From Nitrospirota bacterium (GTDB taxonomy: Bacteria > Nitrospirota > UBA9217): 64,000 bases of DNA. The stretch spans positions 128,001 through 192,000 of the forward strand of contig CAVUHW010000034.1 in the NCBI GenBank assembly GCA_963741205.1, written 5' to 3'. Positions 57,702 through 64,000 of the stretch are shown here, in pieces. Position 1 is the first letter of the stretch, and every line of letters begins with the position of its first letter. The notes beneath the pieces were generated by a model. The model had not been told where the DNA came from. It ran no database searches and saw nothing but the letters and a program-made list of their open reading frames with translations. The position numbers and the translations under genes were made by a program.

Positions 57702-58583
57702 ATGGACGACGAACTCCTGAAGCAATTTCTCAATTATCTTACCGTTGAAAAGGGACTGGCGGAAAACACCGTCGAATCCTACGAACGGGACCTGCGCAAA
57801 TACCAGGAGAGGATGAAGACCAAGAATCCGGACGATATCACGGAGTCTGACATTGTCTCCTTTCTCAGCCGCCTGTCCGGGGAGGGAATGTCCGCGCCGT
57901 CCGTGTCGCGAAGCCTGTCCGCGATCAGGGGGTTCCATAAATATCTCCTGACCGACGGCCTCGCGACTGTGGACCCGACGGTGAATCTCGAAACTCCCCG
58001 CGGATGGAAACGGCTGCCGAAAGCGCTTTCCCGGAGGGACGTCGATGCGCTGCTTGAAGGTCCCGACCCCATGACGCCGGTCGGTCTCCGGGACAAGGCC
58101 ATGCTTGAACTCTTGTACGCCACCGGGCTCCGCGTAAGCGAACTGGTGGGCCTCAAACTTGGAGATCTGAATCTCGAACGGGGCTTTCTCGTCGTCATCG
58201 GCAAGGGGTCTAAAGAGCGTGCGGTGCCCATGGGAGAGGCGGCCATGGCCGTTATCCAGGAGTATCTGGACCGCGCGCGCCATACGCTGCTCGGGGGCTC
58301 CGAGTCGAATCACCTCTTCATCAGCTCGAAGCGCCGGGGTATCACCCGGCAGATGTTCTGGGCACGGATAAAGTTTTACGCCCGAAAGACCGGAATCTCC
58401 GGCTCGGTCTCGCCGCACACCCTGCGCCATTCCTTTGCGACGCACCTCCTGGACAATGGCGCCGACCTTCGCGCTGTCCAGGCCATGCTCGGCCACTCGG
58501 ACATCTCCACGACGCAGATCTACACCCAGGTGTCCCGGGAGCGGCTCCGGCAGATCCATGAGAAGTACCATCCGAGACGGTAG
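57702..58583 (+). CDS. xerD: Tyrosine recombinase XerD
   Basis: RDKAMLELLYATGLRVSEL, GKGSKER, SPHTLRHSFATHLL, LGHSDISTTQIYT, YHPR. Confidence 0.92.
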   Translation: MDDELLKQFLNYLTVEKGLAENTVESYERDLRKYQERMKTKNPDDITESDIVSFLSRLSGEGMSAPSVSRSLSAIRGFHKYLLTDGLATVDPTVNLETPRGWKRLPKALSRRDVDALLEGPDPMTPVGLRDKAMLELLYATGLRVSELVGLKLGDLNLERGFLVVIGKGSKERAVPMGEAAMAVIQEYLDRARHTLLGGSESNHLFISSKRRGITRQMFWARIKFYARKTGISGSVSPHTLRHSFATHLLDNGADLRAVQAMLGHSDISTTQIYTQVSRERLRQIHEKYHPRR

Positions 58584-58720
58584 GACAAAGCGCATGGCGC
58601 AGAGCGCAAAGCGTCAGAGCGGAAATCGCATAGTGCATAGAGCAAAGCGCATAGCGAAGAAACTTGTCATCTGCCTCTGCATCATGCCCTCTGCGCTATG
58701 CTCTCTGCGTGTTTAATATT

Positions 58721-61340
58721 ATGGAAATCATCACCAGTCATACGAACGCCGATTTCGACGCCCTCGCCTCCATGGTCGCGGCGAAGAAGCTCTATCCCGA
58801 CGCGAAGCTGGTGTTCCCGGGTTCGCAGGAAAAGAGCATGCGGGACTTTTTCCTCGAGTCCATGTTCTACGCCCTGGAGGTGGAACGGCTCAAAAACATC
58901 GACGTGGACAGCATTGCCCGGCTCATCATCGTGGACAACCGGAATCCCGCCCGGCTCGGCAAACTAGCCGCGGCCCTGCAGCGGCCCGGCGTCTCGGTGC
59001 ACATCTACGACCATCATCCGGCGGCGGCGGGAGACGTCCGCGGGGAAAAGGAAATCATAGAAGAGATCGGCGCAACGACCACGATCATGGTAGAGCTCTT
59101 GAAGGAACGGGGGATCCCGATCAGCCCGATCGAGGCGACGGTCTTCGCCCTGGGCATCTACGAGGAAACGGGCTCCCTCACCTTCGTCTCGACGACCGTG
59201 CGCGACATCGAGGCCGCGGCATACCTCCTGAAGCAGGGCGCCATGCTCAATATCGTCGCCGATTTCGTTTCCCGGGAGCTGACGGCCGAACAGGTCGCGA
59301 TCCTCAGCAGCCTCATCGAATCCGCGAAAAGCTACGACATCAACGGAGTGCGCGTGGTGATCTCTTCCCTGGCGATCCCGCACTTCGTGCCGGACCTCGC
59401 CAACCTGGCGCATAAGATCAGGGACATGGAGGGTCTGGACGTGCTCTTCCTTGTGGTCCAGATCGCCGACAAGACCCATGTGATCGCACGGTGCAGGATC
59501 CCCGAGGTGAACGCAGGACTCGTGATGGAGGAACTGGGCGGGGGCGGGCACGCCACGGCCGCGTCGGCGGTGGTCAGGGACATGACCTACCTCCAGGCGC
59601 GAGAGCGTCTCATCGACGTATTGAGGCGTCATATCAAGCCGGGCCCCGTGGCCCGCGAGCTTATGACCTCGCCGGTCAAGACCATTGCCTCGGGCAGCTC
59701 TATCGAGGATGCGGGCGAAGCCATGACCCGGTTCAGCGTGAACGTGCTGCCGGTCCTGCGCGGAGACGCCTACGAGGGCATCATCACGCGCGAGGTCGTG
59801 CAGAAGGCCCTCTTCCACGGCCTGGGCAAGCAGAACGTGGAGGAGTTCATGACCACCGGCGGGGCGATCGCCGATCCGGACATGCCCATGGCCCAGGTGG
59901 AGCGGGTCATGATCGAGGAGCACCAGCGCTTCGTTCCCGTGATCGACCGGGAGGGGAAGCTTGCGGGGGCGATCACCCGGACCGACCTCTTGCGCTCGCT
60001 CCATGAGGAGCGGCTTGCGGAGGTCCCCGAGTTTGACGAGGCGGCGCCCCGTTCCGTCAGGACCGTTAAGGGACTGATCGAGGAGCGGGTGCCGCAGGAA
60101 GTGCGCGAAGCGCTCCATCTCGTCGGCGAGGTCGCGGATAAAAGCGGTTTCCCGGTCTATCTCGTGGGGGGGATCGTCCGCGACCTCTTTCTGCGTGTTA
60201 CGAACACTGGACATCGACATCGTGGTAGAAGGGGACGGCATCACCTTCGCGGGGATGCTGGTCAAGAAGGCCGGCGGCCGCATGAAGACGCACCTGAAAT
60301 TCGGCACTGCCGTGGTCGTGCTGCCCTCTGGCTTGAAGCTCGACATAGCCACGGCCAGGCTCGAGTACTACGAATCTCCCGCTGCCCTGCCCACGGTGGA
60401 GCTTTCGTCCATCAAGAAGGACCTCTATCGCCGGGACTTCACGATCAACACGCTTGCCGTACGCCTGAACAGGAGACGGTACGGCGAACTCATCGATTTT
60501 TTCGCGGGCTTGCGGGACATCAAGGACAAGACCATCCGGGTCCTGCACAGCCTCTCGTTCGTCGAGGACCCCACCCGGGTGCTGCGTGCGATCCGCTTCG
60601 AACAGCGCTTCGGTTTCCGTCTCAGCAAACACACGCAAAACCTGATCCAGTCGGCGGTGAACATGAAGCTCTTCAACCGCCTGACCGGAGAGCGGATCTA
60701 TACGGAGCTCGTTCTCATGTTCTCCGAGGCGGAGCCGCAGAAGATGCTCAGGCGGATGAAAGACTTCGAGCTCCTGAAATTCATCCACCCAGCGCTGAAA
60801 GGCTCCGGAGACCTCGATCGTCTCTTCGGGTCCATCTCCGATACGCTCACCTGGTTTAAGCTGCTCTACCTGGACCTCAAGGCGGAAAAATGGTTCGTCT
60901 ATTTTCTCGGCCTCCTGGACCGGATGAAGGACGCGTCCGCGGCCGAAGCGCTCGAACGGCTGGCCGTCCCGCTGCGCATCAGGCAGCGGGTTCAGCAGGC
61001 GCGCACGCGCGCTCGTGACGTCCTCTATCTGTTCTACAAGGAACAGCAGCTTCCCCAGAGCCGTATCTACGATCTTCTCGCCCCTCTCGATACCGAGGCG
61101 ATCCTCCTCATGATGGCGAAGGCCAGGCAGGAGCGGGCCAAGAAATACATCTCTCTGTACCTCACGCACCTGAGAAACGTCAAGATCACGCTTACGGGCG
61201 ACGACCTCAAGAAACTCGGCATCCCGCCGGGGCCGCGGTACCGGAAGATCCTCACGGAACTGCTCGACGCCAAACTCGATGGCGTGGTCAGGACCCACGA
61301 TGACGAGATCGAGTTCGTGAAAAGGGCGGCGAAAAAATAA
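58721..61340 (+). CDS. DHH-CBS-tRNA nucleotidyltransferase fusion (A-/CCA-adding enzyme), frameshift near 60200
   Basis: HTNADFD, DHH, GGGHATAA, CBS pair, VGGIVRD..DIDIV, DLYRRDFTIN, EDPTRVLRAIRF. Confidence 0.88.
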
Positions 61341-61409
61341 TTCGCCGGAACGCGGGCGAATCTGGCGTGTTCCCGGGAAGAAAGTATACTTTCAGGAGGA
61401 GAAAGCGCG

Positions 61410-62235
61410 ATGTCGAAGTCGTGTGTATTGGTACTTCTTTGTGCGATCATGCTGTTTATCTGCCGTCCCCCCGCATATGCGGACACGGCAACGGCCATCT
61501 CCGAGGTCTACCTTGACAACGGCCTGCCGGTCTGGGAGCAGCCGGTGCAGGCAGGCCTGTACGGGATCCTCGGCGCAGGGTATTTCAGAGGCACCCGGAT
61601 CACCGGCGATCCGCGCCTCAGGACGGTTTTTCTACCAGTCGTTCTGCTGGCCTGGGAGAACAAGGCGTTCTGGAGCATAACAGGGGGCGGCGTGTGGCTG
61701 TACCACTCCAGACACCAGCCGTTCAAGCTCGGGATAGGCTTGAAAGTTCACCCGGGGTACGACCCCGACGGCGATCCGAACCTCATCGGCATGCAACAGC
61801 GGTACACCTCGATCGATGGCTCCGTGAACGCCCTCTGGGAAACATGGCTTGTCAATATCGGCGCATCGTATTACCATGATATCAGCCACGTGACCCGACG
61901 GTGAATCCGGCACGATCAGGCTTTCGCACCATATCCAGATAACGCCGAAACTCACGGTCACGCCCCGTGCCGGCCTTGAATACGAGGACGCCAGGCTCGT
62001 GGGCTATTACTACGGCGTGCAGCCGTCCGAAGCCCTTCCGGACCGTCCCGCCTACAGCGGTCATCATACGGTGAATTACGGCATTGGCGCTATAGCCGTC
62101 TACCGTCTCAGCCGGTCGTGGTCTCTCGTGGGGGGCTTCTTCGCGAACCACCTGAGCAACGGCATTTCGGACAGCCCCATCGTGTTGCAGCGGCACACGA
62201 AGGTGGCGTTCTTGAGCGCTGGCTGGACGTTCTAG
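61410..62235 (+). CDS. MipA/OmpV family outer-membrane protein (frameshifted)
   Basis: Signal peptide, YYYGV, ISDSPIV, terminal GWTF. Confidence 0.75.
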
Positions 62236-62262
62236 GGTCCCAAAAGATTCTTTCCTTTTGAT

Positions 62263-62326
62263 GTCATTCCGGGCTTGACCCGGAATCCATTTTTATCCAA
62301 TGGATTCCCGCTTTCGCGGGAATGAC
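62263..62326. repeat. REP-like palindrome
   Basis: GTCATTCCGGGCTTGACCCGGAATCCA..TGGATTCCCGCTTTCGCGGGAATGAC. Confidence 0.75.
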
Positions 62327-62415
62327 AGCCTGGGAGCGAGTGTAAAGAAGTGTCAGGGACATTACACTAACAGTTTCCCGTTGACGAACAGCGAAAAATT
62401 AGGCATAGTAGCCCC

Positions 62416-64000
62416 ATGATCTTCGTGAGCCTCTTCGGCGGCGTCCTGCTCCTCCTCTACGGCATAAAGCTCCTGAACGACGGCCTGCAGAACGCTGCCG
62501 GGTCGAAGATCCGCTCCCTGCTCCGCTCGCTCACGAGCAACCGGCTTTCAGCGGTGGGCGGCGGGGCATTCATCACCGGCCTCATCCAGTCCTCGAGCGC
62601 GACATCGGTCATGCTCGTCGGGTTCGTCTCCGCCGGACTCATGAGCTTCCGCCAGACGCTCGCCGTGATCCTCGGCGCCGACATCGGCGCCACCGTCACG
62701 GTGCAGCTCATCGCCTTTCACATTTACGACTACGCCCTCCTCCTGATCGGGATCGGGCTCTGCTTCATGCTCTTCGCCCGGAAGATGCAATTCCGGAACG
62801 TGGGACAGGGGGTGCTCGGTTTCGGCTTCGTGTTCCTCTCCCTCAGGATCATGACCGACGCCATGACGCCGCTCCAGGGAAACGAGCTGTTCCGGGAGGT
62901 GTTTGTCGCGCTCACCGGCACGCCTTTCGCGGGCATCGCGCTTTCGGCCGGCGTCACCGCGCTCATCCACTCAAGCGCGGCGACCATGGGCATTGCGCTC
63001 GTCCTCGCCAAGAGCGGCCTGATCCCGCTTCATACCGCCCTGTACATCATTCTCGGCGCGAACATCGGCACCTGCGCCACCGCCTTCCTCGCGGGTATGC
63101 GTTCTCCGACCGAGGCGCAGCGGGTGGCCTGGGCGCACCTGCTTTTTAAAGTCTTCGGGGTCATCCTGTTTCTGCCCTTTCTCGGCCCCTTTGAACAGCT
63201 CGTCACCGCAACGACCCCGGACCTTTCGCGCCAGATCGCGAACGCCCATACCCTGTTCAACGTGATAATCGCCCTCCTGTTCCTGCCGTTCACCGGGTTG
63301 TTCTCGAAACTGATCATGTGGCTGGTGCCGGAGAAGGCGGAAGAGAAGAAGTTCGGACCCATGTACCTGGACGACCACGTTCTCGGCACGCCCGCCTTGG
63401 CGCTCGGGCAGGCCACGCGCGAGGCGCTCCGTGAATCGGACATCGTCCGGGAGATGCTCGCAGAAGTCGTCCATGCCTTTCAAACAGACGACCAGTCCTC
63501 CATTGATTCGAGATTAAGAACAAGGACAACCTGATCGACGTGCTGGACCGCCAGATCCGGCTTTACATAACCCGGCTGTCGTCCTCGCATCTTACCGAAT
63601 CCCAGTCCCGCCGCGCGATGACCGTCCTTGAGATCGCCCGAAACCTCGAAAGCATCGGGGACATCATCGACAGGAACATCATGCCCCTGGCGATGAAGCG
63701 GATCACCAAGGGGTTCACCTTTTCCCAGGAGGGGATGGATGAAATCGAAGCGTTCCACAAAAGGGTCCTCGATAATTTCGATACGGCCATTTCCGCTTTT
63801 GCGGGAAACGACCGCGACCTCGCCGACCGGGTTCTGCGGAACAAGGAAGAGCTCGGCATCATGGAACGCGAACTCATTCAGGCCCACCTGGACCGGCTCC
63901 GCAGGGGATTCCGGGAATCCATCGAGACGAGCCACATCCATCTGGACGTCATCGGCAACCTGGCGCGCATCAATTCCCTCATCACGCACATCATCTATCC
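62416..64000 (+). CDS. Na/Pi cotransporter family protein with PhoU domains (frameshift near 63510, runs off window end)
   Basis: IQSSSATSV, GADIGAT, IHSSAA, GANIGT, ANAHTLFN, LESIGD. Confidence 0.9.

Noticed and set aside
57702-58583. xerD as a prophage or island integrase
   Set aside because: It has housekeeping XerD signatures and context, with no att sites or cargo.

Overview
This is a GC-rich bacterial chromosomal segment, probably from an anaerobic, cytochrome-rich Nitrospirota- or Desulfobacterota-like organism (inferred from gene content only). Many conserved genes (glmU, gatA, gatB, pyrB, carA, pyrD) are split by single-base frameshifts, most likely long-read indel errors, so coordinates of split genes are approximate. 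In order, the window holds: lipid A L-Ara4N modification genes (arnB, flippase, arnT); a nitroreductase, an octaheme HAO-like cytochrome, a DsrC/TusE-like protein and a ~20-heme lipoprotein cytochrome; DUF4382-like lipoproteins flanking a T2SS/PilMNO-secretin-pseudopilin cluster; a decayed tnpB interrupted by an IS110-family element; glmU-glmS followed by a vapBC pair and a partial vapC duplicate; pcrA, gatC-panD-gatA-gatB; a tRNA-Ala with an integrase remnant; two hexaheme cytochromes; a PyrR-regulated pyr/car operon; a heme-motif sensor kinase, xerD, a DHH-CBS tRNA nucleotidyltransferase, mipA and a Na/Pi cotransporter. The strongest signal is the IS110 element at 18902-20693. Its exact ends can be deduced from in-frame rejoining of tnpB (AC/GT core). 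Its 3' non-coding end contains two internal-loop hairpins whose loop sequences match the insertion target and the circle junction, which reads as a bridge/seek RNA with a GT core.
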